Assembly: GCF_006345805.1 (NCBI RefSeq)
Contig: NC_042997.1
Coordinates: forward strand, 183,706,001-183,770,000
Direction of reading: 5' to 3'
DNA from: Octopus sinensis
Taxonomy: Eukaryota
Length of the DNA stretch: 64,000 nucleotides
Shown piece after piece: positions 47,535 to 60,029 of the stretch (position 1 is its first letter; every line of letters begins with the position of its first letter). A model generated the notes under the pieces. It had not been told where the DNA came from. It made no database searches and was given only the letters and a program-made list of their open reading frames with translations. Made by a program: the position numbers and the translations under genes.

Positions 47535-50500
47535 AACAACCCTCCTCTTCTCAGGCGCCGAATCCCCCCCGTCTCCCCCCCCCCCCCACATCTCCTTCCC
47601 AGTTTTCAGAGTTGGCACTATCAATGTTGGTACATTGACAGGCAAGTCTAGTGAGATTGTAGAGATGCTAGAGAGAAGACAGGTTGATGTATGCTGCATA
47701 CAAGAGGTAAGATGGAGAGATGCTTCGGCTAGGGTCCTCACGGGCAAGGCACTTAGGTACAAACTCTACTGGCAAGGTAACGCGGAAGGTGTAGGGGGTG
47801 TAGGCATTCTCCTTGCGGAGGAATGGGTGGATAAGGTCATAGAGGTTGTCAGGGTTTGTGATAGAGTGCTTAAGCTCAGGTTGGTCCTACAGAGTGGCAC
47901 AGCTATGATTATCTCAGCCTATGCCCCACAAGCGGGACTACCAAATGATCAGAAGGACAACTTTTATGATACCCTTCTGCAGGCTACTTCAAAGACTAGT
48001 AACAAGGACCTCATCTTTGTAGGTGGAGATTTTAATGGGCATGTTGGGCGGGAATCGGGTATCTTCACTGGGGTACATGGTGGCTATGGTATTGGCACCA
48101 GAAATGATGAGGGAACTAGACTGCTGGAATTCTGTGATGCATGTAACCTTTCAATCTGCAACACTAACTTCAAGAAGCCAGTCTGCCACCTTATAACTTA
48201 TCAGTCAGGAGACTCCGCTAGCCAAATAGACTTCATCCTCACCAGACAACGGGATGCAGGGTTGCTCTTGAATACAAAGACCCTCCCGGGTGAAGAATGT
48301 ATCCCTCAGCATAGACTAATCATCAGTGACTTTAAGCTTGAGGCCAGAAGGACTCCAAGAAACAAACCAATCCAGAAAAGAAGGATTTGGAGGCTAAAGA
48401 ACCCTTCGCATGGTCAGAAATTTAGGGACATACTCATCAAGAAATTTGATGAGAGGGAGGAGGAGCTTCAGACGTCAGACATAGAAGGTAGCTGGGAATT
48501 CCTACGGGACAGCTTGTTGAGTGCCACAGACCAAGTCTGTGGATGGTGCAAAGTCCCTTCCAGACCTAGAATTACGTGGTGGTGGAATAGTGCAGTAGAT
48601 AAAGCCATCTGTGAAAAGAGACGGGCCTGGAAGGATGGGGGCAGCAGGGAACTGTACCAGATAGCCAAAAGGGAGGCTGGGCGGCAGGTATACATTGCCA
48701 AAGATGTAGCAGAAAAGAAGAAGTTTGCCAATGTCCAGCGTCGCGAGGATCAAAGAGCTGAAGTATTTCGGATTGCCAGACAGTGTGTCAGAGAAAATAG
48801 CGATGTTATAGGAGAGAAATGTGTCCGCATGGATGATGGGGCACTTGCTTTTACTACTAGTGAAAAGAAAGAGGCTTGGAGAAGCCATTATGAAAGACTG
48901 CTGAATGAGGAGAATGAATGGGAGGAGGAGAGCCTGCCAAATGTTGACCCAGTAGAGGGACCAGCTACCCGAATAGACAGCTCCCTTGTAGATAAGGCAA
49001 TTAAGGATATGAAACCAGGCAAAGCCCCTGGCCTATCAGGAATCAGTGCTGAGATGCTTAAAACAGCTGGCTATGTGGGCTATGCCATAGTCACCCGCAT
49101 TGTAAACCAGGTAGTTCACAATGGAGTCATACCCAATGACTGGTGCAGCAGCACCATAGTCAACTGCTACAAGGGTAAGGGTGATGCTCTAGATAGAAAT
49201 AACTACAGAGGTATCAAACTGTTGGACCAGGTGATGAAGGTCTCAGAGAAGGTCATAACCAATCTCATTAGGGAGAGAATTTGTTTAGATGAAATGCAGT
49301 TCGGTTTTGTACCAGGTAGAAGCACCACTGATGCTATATTCCTGGTCCGACAACTGCAGGAGAAGTACCTAGCTAAAGATAAACCCCTCTACATAGCTTT
49401 TGTAGACTTGGAGAAAGCCTTTGACAGGGTTCCCCGTTCCCTTATCTGGTGGTCGATGCGGAAACTGGAGATTGAAGAATGGCTAATAAGGGCTGTACAG
49501 GCTCTATACAGAGAGGCTGTCAGCAAGGTTAGGATTGGCAACGAATATAGTGAAGAATTCCGGGTAGAAGTAGGTGTGCACCAGGGCTCAGCCCTCAGTC
49601 CCCTTTTATTCATCATAGTCCTTCAGGCAATAACAGAGGAATTCAAAACGGGATGCCCCTGGGAGCTCCTCTATGCCGATGACCTAGCTCTCATAGCAGA
49701 ATCACTACCGGAACTAGAAGAGAAATTTCGGGTGTGGAAGCAAGGGTTGGAATCAAAGGGCCTTAGAATAAATGTAGCAAAGACCAAAGTATTAGTAAGC
49801 AGCAAGAGGTACTCAGCACACATCCCCTCGGGTAGGTGGCCCTGCTCAACCTGTAGGAAAGGAACAGGTAGAAACTCCATAAGATGCACCCAATGTAAGT
49901 TATAGACACATAAGAGGTGCAGCAACATTAAAGGGAAATTAACAGATAAGATAGCTTTCATGTGCGGCAGATGCACAGGGACAATAGACACAACAGACAC
50001 TCAGAAAACAGATTCCATCACACTCCAGGGAGAGAAACTAGAAGTAGTTGATAGTTTCCGCTACCTGGGTGACCAAGTTAGTAGCGGAGGTGGATGCACA
50101 GAGAGTATCACCACTAGAATACGAATAGCCTGGGCAAAGTTCAGAAAGCTCCTACCCCTACTGGCAACAAAAGGTCTCTCCCTCAGAGCAAAAGGTAGAT
50201 TGTATGATGCATGTGTGCGAACTGCCATGCTTCACGGTAATGAAACATGGGCTGTGACTGCAGAAGACATGCGTAGACTTGAAAGAAATGAAGCTAGCAT
50301 GATCCGCTGGATGTGTAGTGTCAGTGTGCATGCAAAACAGTGTAAGTATCCTGAGAGAAATGCTGGATATAAGAAGCATCAGATGTGGTGTGCAAGAGCG
50401 ACGCTTGCGATGGTATGGTCATGTGCTGCGGATGGATGAAGAGAGATGTGTGAAGAAGTGCCACTCCCAAACAGTTGAAGGTATCAGGGGGAGAGGTAGA

Positions 50501-50946
50501 CCCAGGAAGACATGGGATGAGGTGGTCAAGCATGACCTCAGAGCATTGGGCCTCACTGAGGCAATGGCAAAGGACCGAGATCTCTGGAGATATGCTGTGA
50601 CTACAAAGACCCGGGCTGCTTTCTGCAGCAATTCCACATACCCCCTACCCATTCTAAGTACCCCGATCCCCAAAGTACCCCGGACCTCGTTGCCCCCGTG
50701 CTGCTGACACGTTAAAATGCTCGAACCGATCGTGACGATGCCGGACCCTCCGGCCCCTGTGCAGGTGGCACGTAAAAAGCACCCAATCCACTCACGGAGT
50801 GGTTGGCGTTAGGAAGGGCATCCAGCCGTAGAAACTCTGCCAGATTCAGACTGGAGCCTGGAGCGGCCCCTGGCTTCCCAGACCCGGTCGAACCGTCCAA
50901 CCCGTGCTAGCGCGGAAAGCGGACGTTAAACGATGATGATGATGAT
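47535..50946 (+). mobile_element. Near-complete RTE-clade LINE in SAR1 coding intron 2, inserted in (TA)n
   Basis: Single APE-RT ORF, 3' UTR with the family C tail ending in (GAT)n, flanked by (TA)n on both sides; no 5' UTR or ATG visible. Confidence 0.95.
47605..50707 (+). pseudogene. RTE ORF: APE endonuclease, reverse transcriptase and PHD finger; premature TAG at 49903-49905 and a frameshift near 50340
   Basis: FRVGTINVGTL, CIQEVRW, GGDFNGHVG, SQIDFIL, PQH; RT motifs FVDLEKAFD, GVHQGSALSP, YADD; RWYGHV, GRPRKTW. The frame continues after the TAG; the shift corresponds to a 2-nt loss versus the copy at 33800. Confidence 0.93.
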
Positions 50947-50947
50947 A

Positions 50948-51004
<57 letters not shown>

Positions 51005-51224
51005 GGCTGTATGGTAAGAAGCCTGCTTCCCAACTACATGATTTTGGTTTGCCCCACTGCATGGCATCTTGGGCAATTGTCTTCTACTATAGCCAAGTAC
51101 TAGGCTTAGAAATAAGTCCTGGGAGCAATATTTTTCGACTAAAACTCTTAAGGTGGTGCTCTTGCATGACCACAATCAAATGATTGAGACAAGTAAAAGA
51201 ACAAAAGAATATATATATATATAT

Positions 51225-51480
51225 GTGTCGGTGGCACATAAAAAACACCATCCGAGCGTGGCCGTCTGCCAGCCTCGTCTGGCACCTGTGTCGGTGGCAC
51301 ATAAAATCACCCACTACACTCTCGGAGTGGTTGGCGTTAGGAAGGACATCCAGCTGTAGAAACACTGCCAGATCTGACTGGCCTGGTGCAGCCTTCGGGC
51401 TTGCCAGACCCCAGTTGAACCGTCCAACCCATGCTAGCATGGAAAGCGGACGTTAAACGATGATGATGATGATGATAATT
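51225..51480 (+). mobile_element. RTE LINE 3' tail (family C)
   Basis: Family C tail. Confidence 0.8.
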
Positions 51481-51539
51481 ATTAATAGTAGGGAATATAA
51501 ATTCCAAGGTAACAGGGGAAAACAAACTCAATTTAGTAA

Positions 51540-51924
51540 TGGTAAGTAGCTTGCTTACAAACCACATGGTTCTAGGTTCAGTCCCACTGCGTGGCACCTT
51601 GGGCAAGTGTCTTCTACTATAGCCTCAGGCCGACCAAAGCCTTGTGAGTGGATTTGGTAGACGGAAACTGAAAGAGCCTGTCGTATATATGTATATTTAT
51701 ATATATGTGTGTGTGTCTGTGTTTGTTCCCCCAACATCGCTTGACAACTGATGCTGGTGTGTTTATGTCCCCGTAACTTAGTGATTTCGGCAAAAGAGAC
51801 TGATAGAATAAGTACTAGGCTTACAAAGAATAAGTCCTGGGGTCGATTTGCTCGACTAAAGGCGATGCTCCAGCCTGGCCACAGTCAAATGACTGAAACA
51901 AATAAAAGAGTGAAGAGTAGAGTA
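51540..51924 (+). mobile_element. SINE family A
   Basis: Body and tail. Confidence 0.85.
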
Positions 51925-52459
51925 AGAGACAGAACCTCCATAAAGTAATTCAGTTAATAATGAAAGATATTATCTATAATAAAATAAAAATTTTTAACAT
52001 TATACTAAATACTTTTAAAAAAATACACATTAAATGACATTATTATTAATATTGTGCTAAAGATTTCTATACTAAATAATACACGTTATGTGTTTATTTT
52101 TAATGAGTATTATTTAGTATAGAAATTTGGTGGCACGTAAAAAGCACCATCCGATCATGGCCGTTTGCCAGCCTCGTCTGGCACCTGTGCTGGTGGCACG
52201 TAAAAAGCACCCACTACACTCATGGAGTGGTTGGCGTTAGGAAGGGCATCCAGTCGTAGAAACACTGCCAGATCAGACTGGGCCTGTTGCAGCCTTCTGG
52301 CTTCCCAGACCCCAGTTGCACCGTCCAACCCATGCCAGCATGGAAAGCGGACACTAAACGATGATGATGATGAATGTTAGTAATAATATATTTAAATTTA
52401 TATTTTATTATTGATGATATCTTTCATTAACTGAATTACTTTATGGAGGTTCTGTCTCT
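51925..52459. mobile_element. AT-rich foldback/MITE with ~70-bp TIRs, interrupted by a family C tail (52130..52372)
   Basis: agagacagaacctccataaagtaattcagttaat... versus ...attaactgaattactttatggaggttctgtctct; TA flanks; extra internal palindrome. Confidence 0.8.
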
Positions 52460-53362
52460 TAATTATACATATATATATATATACACACACACATCAGTCA
52501 GAGGTTGTTGACCTGTTTAGTAACTGCTGTACAAAATTGCAATTTTTAACATTCTAAATACTACTTTATATTTCTAATGTGTTTATATAATAAAGAAAAA
52601 CTTCATGCAAAATAAATTATTTATTCAGTTCTACCTACTTTTCAATACCTGGCCACATTATCAGTGTTGTATTGTAGAGTCACTACGTATTTTGCATCTT
52701 ATCACATATACCTTCATTCAGCCTACCCATCAGTTACCTCTTTCAATCCAGAGCCATCTAACTGCTTTCTCAGTAGCCTGTATACTGTTCTTATGGTTTT
52801 TCTACAGCTCCTTCCTGCAACAGTTTACCACCAAATCTTGCTGCTTAGCTTTCTTCTTTCATGCCTCCTCCATTCTGTCCTCCAGGGTACAGTTAATTCC
52901 AATAGAATTTGTTGCCTATATATTCAAAATTAACTATTTACTAATATTCTGGTTGGCTGATCTCACAGAAGAATAATAAAAAAATTATCAATCAAGTAAT
53001 AAAGGCAGAGCTTTTATTAATTCCAGTTTTGTGAAATGATTAGCAAATATTCAGTAGATTTTTAACATCTGAAACCTCAGATCAGAAATTACAAAATTAA
53101 AAAATCTGAAGTATTCCTAAAAGTAGACATCTGGTTTTCATTTGACATGTAACTTAATACTTGTCATTCTCTTTCCTCTCTCTCTCACACATGAAATTAC
53201 TCTTTTTACTTGTAACCATGTGACCATTTTCTCTCTCTTTTTTCCTTTTTATTTTAAAAAATACATAATTTTCAAATTAAAATGTTCTTGACCAATGTTT
53301 ATTTAAACTTAATGTTAATCCAAATATTAATAACTCTTCATATGTTCATTTTTTGTCTTTAG

Positions 53363-53428
53363 CGTCTGAAGAGTTAACAATGGGTGGCATGAGATTTACA
53401 ACATTCGATTTAGGAGGACATCAACAAG
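53363..53428 (+). CDS. SAR1: SAR1 coding exon 3 (switch II, DLGGH)
   Basis: TSEELTMGGMRFTTFDLGGHQQ; phase 1 on both sides, canonical sites. Confidence 0.97.
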
Positions 53429-53663
53429 GTATTTTGTTTACTTTTGCTCTGCTTTACATATTCTAATAAAAAAATTTTAATGAATTCTATATTTTAGGCT
53501 GGAGTCATTTATAAACCTTCAGTTTATAAGATTAATTTCAACCAAAAGTTCTTGATCAAAATCTTATGCCATTGATTCACTTACTGACAAATAAGCTGTG
53601 GGATATCAAGCAATTTAGTTTCCCTTTCAAGTTTTTAATTAGATAAGTTATTAACCTACTGAT

Positions 53664-53978
53664 CCCCGTGCTGATGGCACGTAAAAAGCATCATCCAAAC
53701 ATGGCCGATGCCAGCGCTGCTTTGACCGGCTTCTGTACTGGTGGCACGTAAAAAGCACCAACTGATCGTGGTCATTGCCAGCCTCCTCTGGCCCCTGTGC
53801 CAGTGGCACGTAAAAAAACCCACTACACCCTCTGAGTGATTGGTATTAGGAAGGGCATCCAACTGTAGAAATACTGCCAGATCAAACTGGAGCCTGGTGC
53901 AGCCTCCTGGCTTCCCAGACCCCAGTCGAACCGTCTAACCCATGCCAGCTTGGAAAACGGATGTTAAACGATGATGAT
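53664..53978 (+). mobile_element. RTE LINE 3' tail (family C) in SAR1 intron 3
   Basis: Family C tail. Confidence 0.8.
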
Positions 53979-54274
53979 ATTGACATCACCACTCTTATGG
54001 TAACTTCATAGTACAACTTCTACAAGCATACTAAACATTGTTGTTGGGATTATTTTTTCTGTAATTTATCAGACATTTCTTTTCTCATGCTGGCTGGGCA
54101 CAACATGATCAAGACAGTTGCAACTTACCCATGTAGATAAAGTACCTTTTTCTACAATTTATTTTCTAAGTTTAAGATATATGTTAAGATGGTTTAGTTG
54201 TAATATCACTATGAAAATTTACATCTTATTATTAAGTTTTCATTGTATCTATTAATTTTTTTTTCTTTCTATAG

Positions 54275-54378
54275 TTAGACGAGTTTGGAAAGATTATTTC
54301 CCAGCAGTGGATGGTATTGTATTTCTTGTTGATGTTTGTGATAAGGAGAGGTTCATTGAAGCAAAAGCTGAATTGGAT
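54275..54378 (+). CDS. SAR1: SAR1 coding exon 4
   Basis: [35 protein letters not shown]|gtaag. Confidence 0.97.
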
Positions 54379-55000
54379 GTAAGTTAAATTAATTTGGTTT
54401 CTAATAACATAAAATTGTTTTTATTTTTATCCCATTTGAACTTTTGTTTTTGACAATAGTGTTGATATTTATTTTATCCAAAAACAGTTTGTTTGATTGC
54501 TGTATTAGTATTGTCAAGTCACTCATGCGAAGACATGCTGTTTGGATTCAGTTGTGCTTCATAAGGTAAAATCAATTTGCTGGAACATGAATTTCGCAAG
54601 CAAAATCCAACCTTCTCAACAATGATTATTTGTAGTTGGTATTTTCAGGTTATTTTGCTAATGTCTTTGAGGAGTTATATTCAATAAGGAAAATGCGTGA
54701 TGGACATCTTTTCATATCAGTTTTTCAGTCACCATTACTGGCATCAATTAAATGTTAACACAGACATGTATTCTAACTATTATAAGAACAGTTTGCATTT
54801 ATTTACATTGTGATACATTTCTTATATCCAATATTCTGCATTATAATTAGTTTGCTCATTTACTATTAAGTCTCTTAACTGGAACAAATAGGTATGGTTT
54901 AAATGCAGAATTATCAAATCTCATGCATAATTTATACATAACCCAACCATAAAGATTAACCTTCAAATTGCATTTTCCTTTCTGTTAATCCTTAATACAG

Positions 55001-55132
55001 AGTCTGCTGACAGATGAACAAGTTGCTAATGCTCCTATTTTAATTCTTGGTAATAAAATTGATAAAGCAGGAGCTGCCAGTGAAGATGAAATTCGCATTA
55101 GTTTTGGATTACATGCTCAAACAACAGGAAAG
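55001..55132 (+). CDS. SAR1: SAR1 coding exon 5 (NKID)
   Basis: [44 protein letters not shown]|gtaat. Confidence 0.97.
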
Positions 55133-55227
55133 GTAATATTTTATTCTAACTTTTTTTTTTTATTCTTCCATCCCCTTTTTAGATCTTCCTTCTCAAGACT
55201 ATACAATTTTGCAATTACTTTGAGTTA

Positions 55228-55622
55228 CATCATCATCATCATCATCGTCGTTTAACGTCCGTTCTCCATGCTAGCATGGGTTGGACGGTTCGACCGGGGT
55301 TCTGGGAAGCCAGAAGGCTGCACCAGGCTCCAGTCTAATTTGGCAATGTTTCTACGGCTGGATGCCCTTCCTAACGCCAACCACTCCGTGAGTGTAGTGG
55401 GTGCTTTTTACGTGCCACCTGCACAGGTGCCAGGCGGGGCTGGCAACGGCCACGGTCAGATTGGTGTATTTTATGTGCCACCGGCACGGAAGCCAGTCGA
55501 GGCGGTGCTGGCATCGGCCACGAGTCGGATAGTGCTTTTTACGTACCACCAGACCAGGGATCCTGGCTGGTTCAATTCGATTTCGATTTCGCTTGCCCCA
55601 ACATGTCTTCACAAGCAAAGGG
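55228..55622 (-). mobile_element. RTE LINE 3' tail (family C), antisense, in SAR1 intron 5
   Basis: (CAT)n-cgtttaacgtccg... is the reverse tail. Confidence 0.85.
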
Positions 55623-56182
55623 GTTAACTTCATAATTCAAACTTTTGAGTTACCATTTAGCTTTTCAATATATTTCATCATTTTCATTGTTTTCCTTACT
55701 TTTCTTTATACTATCCCAATTCAGAATTTTCTGTATGTTAAGGTTTTTTTTACACTATATTCTCAATGATTAACAAATATTAGATTAACAAGCTAATATA
55801 TGTGCACTTTTTGAAATTGGTTATTCATGTTGCTTTTTCTCGTTCTTTGATTCTCTTTCCTACATTAAAATTTCGAGTTTGTGGGTCCCAATCAAGTGGT
55901 TTGGGATTCAGTCCTACCTTGTGGCAACTTAGGTAACTGTGTAATACTATAGACTTGAGCCAGCCAAAATCTTGTGAGTGAATAAATCACGTGTTGCATC
56001 AGCACAAGGTTTCTGTTTCAATCTTAAGATGGTGAGATGTGCTTTCAATGAGATTTTGTTGCTCTTGAGCAACTGCATAGAGACCTACCTTGTTGGGTTG
56101 AGTAAATAATTAGATAATCTGATTGAAGTAGAGGCACCAGCCTAGATTTCTTGGAATCACTCTTTAGATAATCTCAAATATC

Positions 56183-56680
56183 ATCATCATTGTCTAACAT
56201 CCGCTTTCCATGCTAGCATGGGTTGGGCGATTTTGACTGAGGGCTGGCAAACTAGAAGGCTGCACCAGGCTCCAATCTTGATCTGGCAGAGTTTCTACAG
56301 CTGGATGCCCTTCTTAATGCCAACCACTCTGAGAATGTTGTGGGTGCTTTTTATGTGCCACCGGCACGGGGGCCAGTCAGGCAGTACTGTCAATGACCTC
56401 GCTCGAATCTTTTTACACATGCCACCAGCACAGGTGCCAGTAAGGCGACGTTGGTAATGATCGTGCTCGAATGGTGCCCTTTTACGTGTCACCGATACGG
56501 AAGCCAGTTGGCTGCTCTGGCAACGATCACACTCGGATGGTGCTCTTGGCACCCTACTAACACAGGCACAAGTGCCAGTAAGGCAATGCTGGTAATGATC
56601 ACACTCGAATGGTGCCCTTTTATGTGCCACTGGCACAGAAGCCGGTTAGCCGCTCTGTCAAACGATCACACTCGTATGGT
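56183..56680 (-). mobile_element. RTE LINE 3' tail (family C), antisense, about five repeat units
   Basis: Reverse tail and repeated units. Confidence 0.8.
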
Positions 56681-56911
56681 ACTATATTATTCCATTTCAT
56701 TATTGTATGATTATAGTGCTCTTCAATAAATTCTTTATCATTGTCATTTTGTTTAATGCAAAAAGGATAAAAAAATAGACATAGTTTTGCAAGAGTTTGC
56801 AAGTACTGGCTTGTGATTTGGCCTAGATCTTAGCTTATATTATAAAACGGTAAATGACTTACGTTTTCCCTATTTTTCAGTTATTTACAGTTTGATTTTA
56901 TTTCTTTTCAG

Positions 56912-57028
56912 GGTACTAGCCCCCGCAGTGAATTGCATGGCCGACCTATGGAACTGTTTATGTGCAGCATCCTAAAACGACAAGGCTATGGAGAGGGCTT
57001 TCGGTGGATGGCCCAATATATTAAATGA
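56912..57028 (+). CDS. SAR1: SAR1 coding exon 6 (last)
   Basis: [38 protein letters not shown]; joined CDS is 582 nt, 193 aa. Confidence 0.97.
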   Translation, partial: GTSPRSELHGRPMELFMCSILKRQGYGEGFRWMAQYIK

Positions 57029-60000
57029 CTTGTGTTTACTTTAGTTGGAAGTGGACTTCAAATAATTAGCCTGTGAAAAAAAAAAAGAAAGAAAGAAAAT
57101 GACAATTAAACAGGGATTTTGTTTGACAACAGACTGGTTCTAGGTGCATGATTGAAAAAAAGTACTATTCACCCTCCATTTCATAACATGACAGACTCTG
57201 ACACTGACAGATTTTCCTGAAATTTCCCTTCTAACTTTTTGTTTTAAGTTGCGATGACAACTGGAAATATGCTAATGTTTTGATTGGCTGGTGATGGTTG
57301 TCCACTCATTTGCCATGTAGTTGTTCTTTTCTAACAAAACATCAGAATTAAATTAAAATTTATAAATTACAATGCTTTTAATGCATTGTTATTTCTCTAA
57401 CAGAATTTATGGGATTTTTAAAAAGTTTTTTTTTAACTAATTAAAGAACTTAGTTTAAAATCTAATTTAGCAAAGTTAACGCACTTTTTTTCCTCTGTTT
57501 TTTCCTCACAATTTTCTAATTAATTGTGGCTTCATCTGATGTTAAAAAATTTCTATATTTGCTAATATCATAGGTTTTCTTTGAAATACAAATCAATTTC
57601 TTACTCATTATCTTTGTTATGGGTATTTTTTTTAATTTGAAATTTGGTTATTCCTACAACCCTTGCATTAATTATTCCAAAGTTGTTTATTTTTCAAATG
57701 AATATATATTTATGTGTTAATGATTTTTAATCTTAACTTCCATGAAACTTCTCCGCTGAGATCTGAATTTAAGTTAACATTGAGAACTGTACTGTACTTT
57801 CCTCTTTTTCTAAACAATTCAATTATAAATTTAGCAAATTTCGTTTTGATTAGAGCAATTTCCAATTCTCACATTGCTTATTTTCATTTTGTCGTGTGAA
57901 AGTGCCTTTGCCAAACTGAATTGACTAAGAATGTTGATTATGCTCTGCTCAATGTTTTGACATGCAACATAACACCTCTTAAAGAAGGTGCATCTGGTTG
58001 ACAAAACAACAATGAATTCGTATCAAGTGTCTTTTGTATGGCTCTTAATTTGTCAAGCAATCCAATGCAAATATCATGTGATCTTCAAAGGAAGAAAGTA
58101 TCAGTGTAAATCTCTTGAGCTATTTTCTAGAAACTATTTTTCTTCCTCTTTGAGAACTATGAATTGCTCAAGTGTCTGTTTGGATGTAAATTTATGTAGT
58201 TATCTGTATTCTTTGATGGATTTAAAGAGAAAAAAAAATTGAGCAAATCTGGATCTTCAGTAATAATTTGTTTTGTGGAAATTAAAGCTATGTTGTGCAC
58301 ATTCTAAGAGATTCTAATGAAAAGTCAACAAAGATTCTATTTGACTGCTGGCACAAATACAATGGGAGATTCACTCATTTCTTGAGCGATGTGTGGAAGG
58401 AGTTATTTTTGTTTCAGTAAGTACTTAATAACTAAATCAAACCAATTTAGGCTTCAAGATATATATCTCTACATCTCAGTACATTTGTTTTTTAAATATC
58501 TGATCTGCATAGTTACTAATCTTAATCTTAATTTTTTTTTCTTTTTAGTGTGATTATTTGAGTAAAATTTTAGGATATTATTAAAAAAATTAACTTTCTT
58601 TGCTTAATAAATCATTTATATATATATATATATATGTGAATGATTATCACAATTGAGATTGAAATGGGATGGTAACATACTCATTTCCTTCTTGAATGCT
58701 CATCTAAATTTTCTAATTTGTTAATTCTTGAAATGTAATTATCTTGAAGTGAGTTTCCCCTCCCCCTTCTTTAAATATTAACTTCATCTACAATGTATTT
58801 TCCTGCTAAATGGGGAAAAATTACATTCGAAAGGAATTAAAGTTGATTATTGTTTAAAAATACTTTTTCTTTTCATTTTTTTGATCCCCTGTTCTCTCAA
58901 ACATATCAGCTTGTGGAAAAGGCATCCTGTTGTGTAGAGACTTTAGAATATTTTTGAAAGTAAATGGCTAAATCTGTGGAAACCTTGACAAAAAAGTCTT
59001 GTAATTTAGTTACAGCCCTATAAGTTCTGCATTCAAATCCTGCCAAGGTGGACTTTCATCTCTTCGTGATTCTATAAAATAAATAGCAATTGATTATTGG
59101 GATTGATTAAATCAACTATACTCTATTACAAAATTTGTTTCCAAGTTAGAAATCACTATGATTATTAGTTTTATCAGATTTGTTTAATTTTTGGAGGTAT
59201 AGTTGATGCATCCACATAGCTTTATTATTGTTTATTACTATGGTCAAATAGAGGATTGAATATAGGAATATAGATGACATGTATTTATTATATCAAGACT
59301 ACCCTTCCAAAACTGTTTTACCTTAATGTTAATGCAATATCACTTCCTGTCTTGATCTTGTATAAAATTACATTTTATACAACCACTGCAGCTCAACACT
59401 TTTTTTTTTTTGCTTCCTACACATACATTTGCATAACTCCTCTAGAAATCACAAAAAGACTCAAAATTACTCTTACGCTTCTACTGTTGAAGAACTTTAT
59501 TACATTGAACACTAGACTATAGTGATTGCTGACATCTGCTTTTAGGGTTTTTTTAGTACATAAGCTAGTTAAGCTGAACAATACATTTTGAGATAGAACA
59601 TATATTCCATACCTATATTCCTAATGGCTCCAGAAATCCTTATTTTATCAGCAATTTCTTTTTGGTATAACATTTTCTGACCTTTTTATCAAAAGGAGCC
59701 TGATAAGAAGCCTGTTACCTCATTCATTTGGATCCCAGCAAGTGTGAGTTGAATATATCAAACTCGGAGTTCTCTAAATCTGGAGAGTATGAAATACAAA
59801 ATTTACTGATACAGGTTTCTTTTGTCTACACCAGTTAGTTTATGCAAAAATTACAACTCTGCCCAGTTACTTCTCAAATTTGCCTATCCTTAAAATTTCT
59901 CTCCTCAAACCCTGATTCCTATGGTATAGCTAATTTTATTGTGTAAACCCTTTTATTATCTTATACTGCCTTTGTTTCAATTAATTTTTAAAGTAATGAA

Positions 60001-60029
60001 GAATTTAGTAAAATAGCAGTCATTATTAA

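Noticed and set aside
47535-47604. HDV-like ribozyme at the RTE 5' end (also tried on the 560-bp element)
   Set aside because: No nested double-pseudoknot pairing found; the LINE appears truncated just before the endonuclease.
46698-56911. Duplicated or mutually exclusive SAR1 exons
   Set aside because: No second copy of any exon motif seen in the introns.
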